In this document: positions 20,478 through 31,301 of the stretch, piece by piece
Layout of the letters: the number at the start of each line of letters is the position of its first letter
How positions within the stretch are numbered: position 1 is the stretch's first letter
DNA from: an uncultured Nitrospiraceae bacterium
Lineage (GTDB): Bacteria; Nitrospirota; Thermodesulfovibrionia; Thermodesulfovibrionales; UBA6898
DNA: 64,000 bases
Assembly (NCBI GenBank): GCA_963811165.1
Contig: CAWEQH010000010.1
Location: forward strand, 352,001 to 416,000
Direction of reading: 5' to 3'
The notes under the pieces: model-generated
Database searches by the model: none
What the model was told of the DNA's origin: nothing
The model's input: the letters and a program-made list of their open reading frames with translations, nothing else
Translations under genes and position numbers: made by a program

Positions 20478-21993
20478 ACTTTTCCCCTTAGACTGGGCGT
20501 CGAACTCAAGGAGACTGCTCCTGATCGGCCTGTCTTCTTTTGCCGTATCACTGTCCCTCATGGTAAATCTGAGCCCATGGAGGTTTATCGGAGGCATCCT
20601 CATTGCGTTCGTCCTTCTCGCGATACTCTACAGGGACATTATGCGTTACAGGCCCACGTATATCAATAACTACCACATGCTTGTTCTGCTTGGACTCATG
20701 ATTGTCAGCACACTCCTTATCGGAAGGTTTTTCGACTATCTTCTTCTAAACCTCTCAAAGGGCATAGGTTCGATAGATGTGGATACGGCGGTATTCGGGA
20801 TCCCCATTGCTGCGGGGGCCATGCTCGTCACCCTTCTGTTCGATTTTCATACGGCTATCACGTTCTCCTTTACCATAAGCCTTCTCACGGGATACTGGCT
20901 GAGCGACCCCTTATATCCTATCTATACGTTTGTCGGCAGCCTCACCGCTGCGTTCAGCGTTATCCGCTGTAAGAAGAGGTCTGCCCTGCTGAGGGGCGGA
21001 TTTTATGTGGCGCTTACAAACGTGCTCATCGCGCTTATTCTCCTGATCAGCAGAGGAGATGTCCTCCCGGGAAAGATCTTGTCGTCGGTGATATTCGCGG
21101 TCTTTTCAGGCGTAACGGTCTCCTCCATCGTTTCTTTGCTCCTTCCTTTTCTGGAATACGCCTTTAAGGTCACCACGGATATCAGCCTTCTTGAGCTTCT
21201 GGACCTCAACCAACCCCTGATGAAGACCCTTATGATAAATGCCCCCGGCACATACCATCACAGCGTCATTGTCGGAAACCTCGTTGAGGCGGCAGCCGAG
21301 GCCGTAGGCGTAAACCCGCTTCTGGCAAGGGTTAGTTCCTATTATCATGATATAGGCAAGATAAAGATGCCTGAATACTTCGTGGAAAATCAGGGCGGGA
21401 TACCGAGCAAACACGACAAACTCACCCCTCATATGAGCAGCATGATTATCATGAACCATGTGAAGGAGGGCGTGGAACTCGCACGACAATACAAACTCCC
21501 GCAGGTGCTTATCGATATCATAAAACAGCATCACGGTTCTTCGCTCATCACCTATTTCTACCAGAAGGCAAGGGAGCAGAACCAGGAACAGCAGTTATCC
21601 ACCGCAGAGGATTACAAATACCCCGGGCCAAAGCCCCAGACTCGCGTTGCGGCTCTAGTGATGATGGCTGACGCCGTCGAAGCTGCATCGAGGGTCCTCA
21701 CCGATCCCACACCGGCAAGGATATCGGCCCTTGTCGATAAAATAATTAACCACATTTTCCTCGACGGCCAACTCGATGAGTGCGAACTTACCCTCAAGGA
21801 CATCTCGGAGATAAAGAAGAGGTTCACTTACATCCTCACGGGGATCTTCCATAAGAGGATCGACTATCCGGGATTTGATTTCGGCAATGGAGATATACAT
21901 AAAGAACCTTCAAAGGTCGACAAAACTGGATCCCCGGACTATAAAAAGGGATCTCGCCAGGGCGCTCCGATTACTCGGTCTTTCGCAAACTGA
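20449..21993 (+). CDS. 7TM-HD phosphohydrolase (PgpH/YqfF-like, HDIG)
   Basis: Multiple TM segments followed by APGTYHHS, YYHDIGK, QHHG, YPGPKP, MADAVEAASR. Confidence 0.9.
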   Translation: MKSGILKESKLFPLDWASNSRRLLLIGLSSFAVSLSLMVNLSPWRFIGGILIAFVLLAILYRDIMRYRPTYINNYHMLVLLGLMIVSTLLIGRFFDYLLLNLSKGIGSIDVDTAVFGIPIAAGAMLVTLLFDFHTAITFSFTISLLTGYWLSDPLYPIYTFVGSLTAAFSVIRCKKRSALLRGGFYVALTNVLIALILLISRGDVLPGKILSSVIFAVFSGVTVSSIVSLLLPFLEYAFKVTTDISLLELLDLNQPLMKTLMINAPGTYHHSVIVGNLVEAAAEAVGVNPLLARVSSYYHDIGKIKMPEYFVENQGGIPSKHDKLTPHMSSMIIMNHVKEGVELARQYKLPQVLIDIIKQHHGSSLITYFYQKAREQNQEQQLSTAEDYKYPGPKPQTRVAALVMMADAVEAASRVLTDPTPARISALVDKIINHIFLDGQLDECELTLKDISEIKKRFTYILTGIFHKRIDYPGFDFGNGDIHKEPSKVDKTGSPDYKKGSRQGAPITRSFAN

Positions 21994-22348
21994 ACTCAGC
22001 GTTGTGTTCGTAAACTGCGAAAGAATGAGACGTCTCAATGCCCGTTACCGGGGTGTCGACAGGTCTACCGATGTATTGTCTTTTCCCTTGTCGGACGATA
22101 GCCCGACAGTGGAAAAGTGCGAATCGCCCGACAGGCCCATCCCACTCGGAGACATCGTCATATGCGTGCCTAAAGCCTTGACCCAGGCTGAACAATACGG
22201 CATAACCTTTCGCGAAGAGGCCCGAAGACTCCTTGTTCACGGGTTATTGCATCTCGTCGGTTACGACCACGAGTCAGGCCCCTATCAAAAAAGGAAAATG
22301 GAAAAAAAAGAGAGGGAACTTCTCGATGCCATTAAGACAATGGCTTAA
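21887..22348 (+). CDS. ybeY: rRNA maturation endoribonuclease YbeY
   Basis: TDVLSFP, LGDIVI, HGLLHLVGYDH. Confidence 0.95.
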   Translation: MEIYIKNLQRSTKLDPRTIKRDLARALRLLGLSQTELSVVFVNCERMRRLNARYRGVDRSTDVLSFPLSDDSPTVEKCESPDRPIPLGDIVICVPKALTQAEQYGITFREEARRLLVHGLLHLVGYDHESGPYQKRKMEKKERELLDAIKTMA

Positions 22349-23024
22349 GAGCGCCGATTTCGCAATAGAGGGCATACTCCAAGGTGCCCGGACCCAAAAG
22401 CATCTCAGGTACCATTTCATATCGGCAACTGTCGTATTGATTGCAAGTTATGTCCTCGGAGTCACGCGCCTGGAATTTATTCTTCTTTCACTGGCGGTAA
22501 TCCTCGTCCTGTCCGCTGAGATGCTCAACAGCGCGATAGAGGCTGTAGTTGACCTGATATCGCCCGGGTACACAGAAAAAGCGCGAATTGCAAAAGACAT
22601 AGCCGCCGGGGCCGTCTTCATCACGGCTTTCGGGTCGGCGGTGCTGGGGTATGTAATCCTCTTTCCCTATATCAAGAAAATCTTTTATGAAGGCTTTCAC
22701 GTGGCAAAGCATTCGAATGAGGAAATCTCTCTTATCTCGTTTATTCTGGTGCTGATATTTGTGATCATCACAAAAACCTATTTTGGGAAAGGACATCCTT
22801 TAAAGGGCGGAATGCCGAGCGGCCATTCTGCTCTGGCATTTTCAGTATGGGTATCTGTCACCTATGCGACCGGGAACTTTCTCGCATCTTCCCTCTGTTT
22901 TGTCCTGGCGGTCCTGATCGCCCAGAGCAGGGTTGCCGTCAAGGTACACAGTCCGTGGGAGGCCGTAGCAGGCGCTTTAATGGGAGCCGCCCTCACCTTT
23001 GTCCTCTTCACACTTTTTTCGTGA
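22326..23024 (+). CDS. dgkA: DgkA-family kinase fused to a PAP2 phosphatase domain
   Basis: AEMLNSAIEAVVDL..AKDIAAGAV (DgkA), then GGMPSGHSA and QSRV..KVH..E (PAP2). Confidence 0.88.
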   Translation: MPLRQWLKSADFAIEGILQGARTQKHLRYHFISATVVLIASYVLGVTRLEFILLSLAVILVLSAEMLNSAIEAVVDLISPGYTEKARIAKDIAAGAVFITAFGSAVLGYVILFPYIKKIFYEGFHVAKHSNEEISLISFILVLIFVIITKTYFGKGHPLKGGMPSGHSALAFSVWVSVTYATGNFLASSLCFVLAVLIAQSRVAVKVHSPWEAVAGALMGAALTFVLFTLFS

Positions 23025-23037
23025 CAGGCGAGATTGG

Positions 23038-23067
23038 AAAAAAAGGGGAAGGGCAACGCCCTCCCCT
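23038..23067 (-). terminator. Rho-independent terminator of glnA
   Basis: GGGGAGGGC-gtt-GCCCTTCCCC stem followed by T7 on the minus strand. Confidence 0.8.
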
Positions 23068-23094
23068 GTTAGAGCACTATTGTCTGTGAGAGAT

Positions 23095-24507
23095 TTAAAT
23101 ATCGTAGTAGAGGAAGAATTCGTACGGATGGGGTCTCAGCCTCAGGGCATCGACCTCTTTTGACCTCTTGTAGCTGATCCAGGTCTCTATCGCATCTTCG
23201 GTAAATACGTTGCCCTTCATAAGAAATTCGTGGTCAGCCTCAAGATTATCGAGTGCCTCATCAAGACTTGAAGGCATCGTAGGAACTGAAGCCAGCTCTT
23301 CCGGGCCGAGTTCGTAAATGTCCTTGTCGAGGGGTTCTCCGGGATGTATCTTGTTTTCGATGCCGTCGAGTCCGGCCATGAGCATAGCCGCAAACGCGAG
23401 GTATCCGTTGCACGATGGGTCAGGGAACCTCACCTCGGCCCTCTTTGCCTTAGGGCTGGCTGAATAGGTCGGTATCCTCACGCATGCAGACCGGTTTCTC
23501 GCCGAGTACGCGAGATTGACAGGCGCTTCAAAGCCGGGCGTCAGTCTTTTGTATGAGTTAGTGGTCGGGTTTGTCAGGGCCGCGATCGAGGTCGCATGCT
23601 TGAGGATCCCGCCTATGTAGTAGAGCGCCATATCACTCAGGCCGGCATACCCGTTGCCTGCGAAAAGGGGCTTATTGCCTTTCCATATGCTCTGGTGTAC
23701 GTGCATGCCTGACCCATTGTCGCCAAATAGGGGTTTCGGCATGAATGTTACAGTCTTTCCATGTCTTCTGGCGACATTCTTTATTATGTATTTAAAGAGC
23801 ATGAGCTTATCGGCCATCTTCACAAGTGAATCGAACCTCATGTCAATCTCGGCCTGCCCTGCTGTGGCGACCTCATGATGCTCCCTTTCAATATAGATAC
23901 CGCATTTCTGCATCTCCATGACCATCTCGGTCCTGAGGTTTACCTGGCTGTCCGTAGGCGGGACAGGGAAATATCCCTCCTTGTGTCTAGGCTTATACCC
24001 GAGGTTCGGGTTTTCATCCCGGCCTGAGTTCCATATGCCTTCCACGGAATCGATGAAATAATACCCGCTGTGAGCGTTCTGGTCGAACTGGACATTATCG
24101 AAGATGAAAAACTCCGCCTCGGGGCCGAAGTAGGCCGTATCGCCGAGCTTTGTAGATTTCAGGTAGTTCTCCGCCTTCTGTGCGATAAACCGCGGGTCCC
24201 TCGTGTAGTACTCCTTTGTAATCGGATCAACGATGTTGCAGATGAGGCTGATTGTAGGGTACTCCATGAAGGGGTCCATAAAGGCAGTTTCCGGATCCGG
24301 CATGACAAGCATATCAGAGGTGTGGATAGCCTGCCAGCCCCTGATCGAAGAACCGTCGAAACCCAGGCCCTCCTCGAAGATTTCCTCTTTCAGCTCCGCT
24401 ATCGGGACAGCGAAATGCTGCCAGATCCCCGGGAAATCGAGGAACTTCAAATTTACCATCACCGCCTTGTTTTCCTGCGCTAACTTGATTACGTCCTTTG
24501 GTGTCAT
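23095..24507 (-). CDS. glnA: Glutamine synthetase type I
   Basis: [51 protein letters not shown] adenylylation-site region. Confidence 0.97.
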   Translation of the reverse strand: MTPKDVIKLAQENKAVMVNLKFLDFPGIWQHFAVPIAELKEEIFEEGLGFDGSSIRGWQAIHTSDMLVMPDPETAFMDPFMEYPTISLICNIVDPITKEYYTRDPRFIAQKAENYLKSTKLGDTAYFGPEAEFFIFDNVQFDQNAHSGYYFIDSVEGIWNSGRDENPNLGYKPRHKEGYFPVPPTDSQVNLRTEMVMEMQKCGIYIEREHHEVATAGQAEIDMRFDSLVKMADKLMLFKYIIKNVARRHGKTVTFMPKPLFGDNGSGMHVHQSIWKGNKPLFAGNGYAGLSDMALYYIGGILKHATSIAALTNPTTNSYKRLTPGFEAPVNLAYSARNRSACVRIPTYSASPKAKRAEVRFPDPSCNGYLAFAAMLMAGLDGIENKIHPGEPLDKDIYELGPEELASVPTMPSSLDEALDNLEADHEFLMKGNVFTEDAIETWISYKRSKEVDALRLRPHPYEFFLYYDI

Positions 24508-24575
24508 TTTTTCTCCTTTGTATATATTGATTTGTGCCTGTAAACTGGTCAGTATCCGCAAATTGTGACTGCGTC

Positions 24576-25632
<1,057 letters not shown>

Positions 25633-25643
25633 GCTTTTGAGTT

Positions 25644-25660
25644 ATCAAGAAGTTTGCCAG
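25644..25660 (-). promoter_or_regulatory. Putative sigma54 (-24/-12) promoter of GATase-glnB-glnA
   Basis: Minus strand CTGGCA-AACTTC-TTGAT; GG-N10-GA, one mismatch to GG-N10-GC. Confidence 0.5.
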
Positions 25661-25709
25661 ACGCATCGGCTTGAAAAGAAAGCCTTTTCTCTGCAGCGGC
25701 TGGACGGAT

Positions 25710-25747
25710 TGCCTAGTTCTTAATCATTACTGCCTAAAATAGAGGCA
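25710..25747. promoter_or_regulatory. Two NtrC-like enhancer boxes
   Basis: TGCCT-N7-AATCA (25710) and palindromic TGCCT-N7-AGGCA (25731), 21 bp apart. Confidence 0.55.
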
Positions 25748-25754
25748 GTTTCAC

Positions 25755-25787
25755 AAAAAAAAAGAGGTTCCGGATTCCGGAACCTCT
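25755..25787 (-). terminator. Rho-independent terminator of the 124-aa gene
   Basis: AGAGGTTCCGGA/TCCGGAACCTCT inverted repeat followed by a T-run on the minus strand. Confidence 0.85.
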
Positions 25788-25809
25788 CTGGCTCTGTCGC
25801 AACGTTCTG

Positions 25810-26184
25810 TTATTCTTTGCCCTGTCGGCCCTCATCTGATTCCTTTTCCGCCGATCCCTCTTTTTTCTTCTGGCCCGCGAGATACGACTCGCTCGGTCTC
25901 CAGCCGAAAGAAGCACTGCTTCTTGCAGAGCTGAATGCCACCGATGCCACCTTCTGGAAAACCACCTTCACAAGCATGGCAATACCGATGAAGGGAAGAA
26001 AGGCAGCATATAAAAGACCCGTAATTGGTCCCAAAACAATGATACCCGTGGCAGGAAGCCTGAAATACACCGTTTTTTTGCCGCCTGGAAGCACACACTC
26101 ATCACTTACATCGATCCTTTCTCCGTTGGCGAAGTTCCAGTAAGTCCCCTTCCCTACTTTACTACCGGCTTTGTACCTTAACAT
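25810..26184 (-). CDS. Hypothetical small membrane protein
   Basis: AAGGAGG RBS, own terminator, central hydrophobic segment (GPITGLLYAAFLPFIGIAM). Confidence 0.75.
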   Translation of the reverse strand: MLRYKAGSKVGKGTYWNFANGERIDVSDECVLPGGKKTVYFRLPATGIIVLGPITGLLYAAFLPFIGIAMLVKVVFQKVASVAFSSARSSASFGWRPSESYLAGQKKKEGSAEKESDEGRQGKE

Positions 26185-26362
26185 TTTCGTATCCTCCTTT
26201 TTCCCTTTTTCCTCTTTCCTTAATCTTAGGATAACCTATCGACGCCTTAGGCACAATTAGAAGATATTCCTATTCCTAAGGGAATGTGTTCCTAGTCTAG
26301 AAGGTGAATATTGACCATTAAGCGGAACAATTGTTATATAATTTAGGAGGAAAAGAGTTGAA

Positions 26363-27886
26363 ATGCAAAAAGACTATAAAACAATAGAACTTACAGCCAT
26401 TTATGAGATAACCAAGCTTCTCGGCTCGTCCCTGAACCTGAAATCCAACCTCAGGGGCGTGATTCGAGTTCTCTCTGAATACCTCAACATGAATAGAGGA
26501 ACCGTAGCCCTCCGTAACGGCGGAGAAGTCTCCATCGTTGCTGCCCACGGCATGAGCGAAGAAGAGATGAAGAGGGGAAGATACAAACTGGGGGAAGGAA
26601 TAATCGGCAGAGTGGCAAAACTCGGGTCCCCCATCGTCATTCCCAATATAGGCGAAGAGCCCCTTTTTCTTAATAAAACCGGCGCCAGGCAAATGATCAA
26701 GCGCGAAAACGTCTCTTTCCTTTGCGTACCTATAAAGTTCAAAAGTGAGGTCCTCGGCGTATTAAGTGTAGACAGGCTCTTCGAAACAAAAGGAATCTCT
26801 TTTGAGGAAGACCTCAGGCTATTAAAGATCATAGCGTCCCTCATGGCCCAGTCCGTGAAACTGCATAACGAGCTTGAAAGGGAAAGAGTAGCATTTCTCG
26901 AAGAGAAAGAGAGCCTCACCCGGCAGCTAAAGGGCCGCTACAAGGTGGAAAACATCATCGGCCAGTCAGACAGCATGCAGGAGGTCTTTGAGGCGATTCA
27001 TAAAGTTGCGCCTTCCACGGCGAACGTCCTTCTCAGGGGTGAAAGCGGTACAGGCAAGGAACTGGTGTCCAAAGCGATCCATTTTATGAGCTCACGCGCA
27101 AAAGAGCCTTTTATTAAATTCAATTGCGCATCGATCCCCGAAGGACTCCTCGAATCTGAACTTTTCGGTCACGAGCGGGGTGCCTTTACGGGAGCCATGT
27201 CCATGAGAAAAGGCCGTTTTGAACTTGCGGATAAGGGGACAATATTTCTCGACGAGATTGGAGACCTGCCCCTAACGCTCCAGCCGAAAATATTGCGGGT
27301 CCTTCAGGAAAAAGAGTTTGAGAGAGTCGGAGGAGAAAAAACGATAAAGGTAAACGTAAGGCTGATTGCTGCGACAAGCCGGAACCTTGAGGAGCTGGTT
27401 TCAGCCGGGAAATTCAGGGAAGACCTGTATTACCGCCTCAATGTCGTGCCTATCTATCTGCCCCCCCTTAGGGAACGTCACGTTGATATCCCCGTCCTCG
27501 TAGAGTTTTTTTTGAAGAAGTATAACGAGGAAAACGGTAAATCGGTCAAGATCGAGGGCGGGGTCCTCGGCGCTCTTCTGAACTACGATTGGCCTGGAAA
27601 CGTCAGAGAGCTCGAAAACGCAATAGAGAGGCTTGTGGTCATGTCCACGGGAGTAATGATCGGACTCAACGACCTCCCTCTTGCCATCCGCGACCGATCA
27701 TTGAAAGCGGCTCATGCACTGCCCGCAAAAGATACACTCCCTGCTGCGGTTGCGGATATAGAAAAGGCCAGGATCATCGATGCCTTGAAAAAGACCGGGT
27801 GGGTCCAAGCGAAGGCCGCGAGACTGCTCAGCATTACCCCAAGGCAGATAGGGTACAAGATCAAGAGGTATGGCATTGAAGAATAG
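26363..27886 (+). CDS. NifA-like sigma54-dependent activator (GAF-AAA+-Fis HTH)
   Basis: GRYKLGEGIIG GAF motif, GESGTGKE, GAFTGA, WPGNVRELEN, QAKAARLL.ITPRQIGYKI. Confidence 0.9.
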   Translation: MQKDYKTIELTAIYEITKLLGSSLNLKSNLRGVIRVLSEYLNMNRGTVALRNGGEVSIVAAHGMSEEEMKRGRYKLGEGIIGRVAKLGSPIVIPNIGEEPLFLNKTGARQMIKRENVSFLCVPIKFKSEVLGVLSVDRLFETKGISFEEDLRLLKIIASLMAQSVKLHNELERERVAFLEEKESLTRQLKGRYKVENIIGQSDSMQEVFEAIHKVAPSTANVLLRGESGTGKELVSKAIHFMSSRAKEPFIKFNCASIPEGLLESELFGHERGAFTGAMSMRKGRFELADKGTIFLDEIGDLPLTLQPKILRVLQEKEFERVGGEKTIKVNVRLIAATSRNLEELVSAGKFREDLYYRLNVVPIYLPPLRERHVDIPVLVEFFLKKYNEENGKSVKIEGGVLGALLNYDWPGNVRELENAIERLVVMSTGVMIGLNDLPLAIRDRSLKAAHALPAKDTLPAAVADIEKARIIDALKKTGWVQAKAARLLSITPRQIGYKIKRYGIEE

Positions 27887-27897
27887 TGAAAGGAAGA

Positions 27898-27939
27898 CCC
27901 GAAATACCGCGGGCAGAAAGGCCTCCGCGGTATTTCGGG
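27898..27939. terminator. Inverted repeat between convergent genes (probable terminator)
   Basis: 15-bp perfect arms CCCGAAATACCGCGG / CCGCGGTATTTCGGG with a 12-nt loop; no clear U-tract. Confidence 0.6.
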
Positions 27940-27946
27940 ATAATCG

Positions 27947-29413
27947 TTATTTAGCGGAAAGCGTAATATAAAGTGAGGAGCCTCCCCTGTATACAAGCAG
28001 CAGGATGTTTTCGTCTTTCTTAATCCCTGCAGCGATTTCCTGATAATCCTTGACACTGCCGACTCTTTTCCTGTTTATCTCTTGGATGACATCGCCCTGC
28101 ATCAGAACGCCGGAGGCCGGACTTTCCTCTTCGATGTCGCTTACGACCACTCCTTTTACCCTGCCGGGAACATTCAGTTTCTTCGCCAAATCAGGAGTAA
28201 TGTCTTGCACGCTTATCCCCCGCAGTGAACTCTCGTAAACCCCGTTTTGGGCCTGCTGAAGGTCGGAAGGGAGTTCCCCGATGGTCACTTTTAACGTAAG
28301 CATTTCCTCATTTCTCAGAACCTTAAGCGTATGTTCCTCGCCGGGTGCGGTATTGGCGACCATGTTGCGAAACTGACTAGGCTCATCAGTGTGCTTACCG
28401 TCATATTCGACGATGATGTCCCCCCTCTTAAGCCCTGCTTTTTCCGCAGGGCCGTTTTCATTGACATCGCTCACTAAGACCCCTTGCTCGCCCTTGAGAT
28501 TAAACTGTTTTGCCAGCTCAGGGGTAATGCTCTGTATAGAGACACCGAGCCAGCCCCTTACGACCTTCCCCTTCTTGACGAGGCTTTCCATGATCGACTT
28601 CACCATGTTGCTGGGGATGGCGAATCCTATTCCCTGATAGCCGCCGCTTGTGCTGAAGATCGCTGTGTTGATCCCGACGACTTCCCCCCTGACATTTACC
28701 AGAGCCCCGCCTGAATTGCCGGGGTTTATCGCGGCATCAGTCTGTATAAAGTCCTCATAGTCGGCGATACCCACATTAGCCCTTCCAACGGCCGAAACGA
28801 TACCCATGGTGACCGTCTGGTTAAGGCCGAAGGGGTTGCCGACGGCCAGTACTATCTCGCCCACCTCAAGTGCATCGGAATCCCCCCACTTCAGGGTGGG
28901 AAGACCGTTTGCCTCTATCTTCACAACCGATATTTCGGTCTTGGGATCTGATCCTATCACCTTCCCGGTGAATTCCCTCTTATCAGACAACAGCACCTTG
29001 ATCTCATCCGCATCCTTCACAACATGATAGTTGGTGATGATGTATCCTTCTGACGAGACGATAACCCCCGATCCAAGCGCTGCGGACTTGTGCTCCTTTG
29101 GTTGTCTGTGCTGGCCGAACCTGTCCCCAAAGAAACGTTTGAAGAAGGGATCATCAAATGGATCTGCGCCGCCCGCGATCTTTACCGTCCTCGTGGTTGA
29201 TATGTTCACGATCGCCGGTTTGACTGCAGCCGAGACCTCCGCCATTGCTCTGCCGATCTTTGCCAACGATTCAACCGACTCGGCCGAAACATTTGGCGCC
29301 GCGCCAAAGGAATCAATCGGAAGACAGAGATTTCCGCACAAGGTAATACCAAGAACTAATGCTGCGGCGACGACGAGAAAGGAATTCCAAAAAACTTTGA
29401 CCTTTGATACCAT
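27947..29413 (-). CDS. Do/DegP/DegQ family periplasmic serine protease with two PDZ domains
   Basis: TNYHVV, FIQTDAAINPGNSGGAL, RGWLGV; N-terminal signal or anchor. Confidence 0.94.
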   Translation of the reverse strand: MVSKVKVFWNSFLVVAAALVLGITLCGNLCLPIDSFGAAPNVSAESVESLAKIGRAMAEVSAAVKPAIVNISTTRTVKIAGGADPFDDPFFKRFFGDRFGQHRQPKEHKSAALGSGVIVSSEGYIITNYHVVKDADEIKVLLSDKREFTGKVIGSDPKTEISVVKIEANGLPTLKWGDSDALEVGEIVLAVGNPFGLNQTVTMGIVSAVGRANVGIADYEDFIQTDAAINPGNSGGALVNVRGEVVGINTAIFSTSGGYQGIGFAIPSNMVKSIMESLVKKGKVVRGWLGVSIQSITPELAKQFNLKGEQGVLVSDVNENGPAEKAGLKRGDIIVEYDGKHTDEPSQFRNMVANTAPGEEHTLKVLRNEEMLTLKVTIGELPSDLQQAQNGVYESSLRGISVQDITPDLAKKLNVPGRVKGVVVSDIEEESPASGVLMQGDVIQEINRKRVGSVKDYQEIAAGIKKDENILLLVYRGGSSLYITLSAK

Positions 29414-29594
29414 TGTTCCTCCTGCTCCCTGACCAGACTTGTTACTTTGATATTTTTCATTATAACACTTAATAATTTACTCAGGAAATATTGCTGATCT
29501 GTAAAACTCGCAGATCCTGACACGCACCGAATCTCACCTCGTAAAATTATAAATGTATGCCTTCATATAATTCTCCTTTTAGCACTTTTTCTTG

Positions 29595-29623
29595 TTGAAA
29601 GTTGATGTTGCAAGGAGTACCAT
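29595..29623 (+). promoter_or_regulatory. Putative sigma70 promoter
   Basis: TTGAAA-N17-TACCAT, about 140 nt upstream of the transporter ATG. Confidence 0.5.
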
Positions 29624-29761
29624 GAAAGGTATATAAACAAAAACGCGGTAAGAGGAAGGAGGTGGGGTTTCTCAGGGCGTGCGTTCTTTAAGTCGCAGGA
29701 GATTAGTCTGACTGACTTTTAACCATGTGAAGCATACTATTCCCAACAGGGAGGTTACTGT

Positions 29762-31279
29762 ATGGAAAAAAAAAGGCAGGGTATTGATGAAGACAAACTC
29801 GCTGAGGGACAATGCAGCAGTCCGGAGACATGCGCAACCGAGAAGAGGGGTATCAGCGAGGATTGGCTGGCTGTCTGCATAGGACTTTTCATATTTCTTC
29901 TATCGCTCGGGGTGTTCGCCGGAGTTGACCTTTTGGGTTTCGGAATAACGACGGGGATTTGGACGGACATTTCAAAGGCATTGAAGCCTGTTGCCAAGTC
30001 ATTTGCGAATTTGGGCGGAATCGGTTCACTGATCGCCACTTACGTATTCCTGCTGGTAATTATGACGATAGGCGCTGCTGCTCTGAGAGCAAAGATAGGA
30101 AGATTCATCGTCAGCTTTACGTTAATATTCTTTATAAGTTACCTATGTTGGATTATAGGAAGCTGGGCCAATATCGCGGCCACAACCTCTCCTGATATGA
30201 AGAAGTTTGGGATCACCTGGTCGCTGAAACTGACTCCGGAGGCCGGCTTCATTGTGGCATTGCTACTCGGTTTGATCGTCGGGAATTTTTTCCAGGGGTT
30301 TGCTGCAGCCATAAAAGAAGCGGTCAGACCCGAACTCTATATCAAAACCGCCATAGTGATACTTGGCGGGTTCCTTGGAGTGACCGCTGCTGAAAAGCTG
30401 GGACTGGCGACCGCCGTCATGTTCAGGGGCCTCTGCGCAATAGTTGAAGCCTACCTTATATATTGGGCCCTTGTGTATTTTATCGCGAGAAAATACTTCA
30501 AGTTCAGCAGAGAGTGGGCCGCACCTCTTGCATCGGGCATATCTATCTGTGGAGTTTCCGCCGCTATTGCAACGGGCGGTGCTATAAAAGCAAGACCCGT
30601 TGTACCCATAATGGTCTCCTCTCTTGTCGTCATCTTCGCGGTTGTTGAACTTCTCGTTCTCCCTTTCATAGCAGAAGAGTTCCTCTATAAAGAACCAATG
30701 GTCGCAGGAGCCTGGATGGGTCTTGCCGTCAAAACAGACGGCGCTGCGGTGGCAAGCGGCGCTGTTGCGGATTCTCTCATCCGCGCCAAGGCCCTCGCCG
30801 CCGATGGCGTAAATTACAAGGAAGGCTGGATAATGGGCGCTGCCACAACAGTCAAGGTCTTTATCGATGTCTTCATTGGGATATGGGCATTTATCCTCGC
30901 AATCGTATGGTGCACGGTGATAGAGTGTAAACCGGGCGAAAGGGTCAGGCCGGGACAGATATGGGACAGGTTCCCAAAGTTTGTCATCGGGTACCTGATA
31001 ACGTTTCTCGTGATTCTTTACATCGGGATCAATTATCCGGATTTGATGGGCAAGACCAAGTCGGCTACAGGCGAAGGTAATGTGTTTAGAGGGATTTTCT
31101 TCACTATGACCTTTTTCACTATCGGAGTGGTCTCGAACTTCAAGAAGCTATGGGAAGAAGGCATAGGTAAACTGGCGGCCGTCTACCTGCTTTGTCTTTT
31201 CGGGTTTATCATTTGGATAGGTTTGTTTATTTCGTGGTTGTTTTTCCATGGAGTAAAACCGCCTCTGGTAACCGGCTGA
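29762..31279 (+). CDS. YeiH/UPF0324 (putative sulfate exporter family) membrane transporter
   Basis: Polytopic membrane protein; GISICGVSAAIA, IKTAIVILG and FPKFVIG signatures. Confidence 0.85.
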   Translation: MEKKRQGIDEDKLAEGQCSSPETCATEKRGISEDWLAVCIGLFIFLLSLGVFAGVDLLGFGITTGIWTDISKALKPVAKSFANLGGIGSLIATYVFLLVIMTIGAAALRAKIGRFIVSFTLIFFISYLCWIIGSWANIAATTSPDMKKFGITWSLKLTPEAGFIVALLLGLIVGNFFQGFAAAIKEAVRPELYIKTAIVILGGFLGVTAAEKLGLATAVMFRGLCAIVEAYLIYWALVYFIARKYFKFSREWAAPLASGISICGVSAAIATGGAIKARPVVPIMVSSLVVIFAVVELLVLPFIAEEFLYKEPMVAGAWMGLAVKTDGAAVASGAVADSLIRAKALAADGVNYKEGWIMGAATTVKVFIDVFIGIWAFILAIVWCTVIECKPGERVRPGQIWDRFPKFVIGYLITFLVILYIGINYPDLMGKTKSATGEGNVFRGIFFTMTFFTIGVVSNFKKLWEEGIGKLAAVYLLCLFGFIIWIGLFISWLFFHGVKPPLVTG

Positions 31280-31301
31280 ACTATTTTATAAGGAGGTATG
31301 T

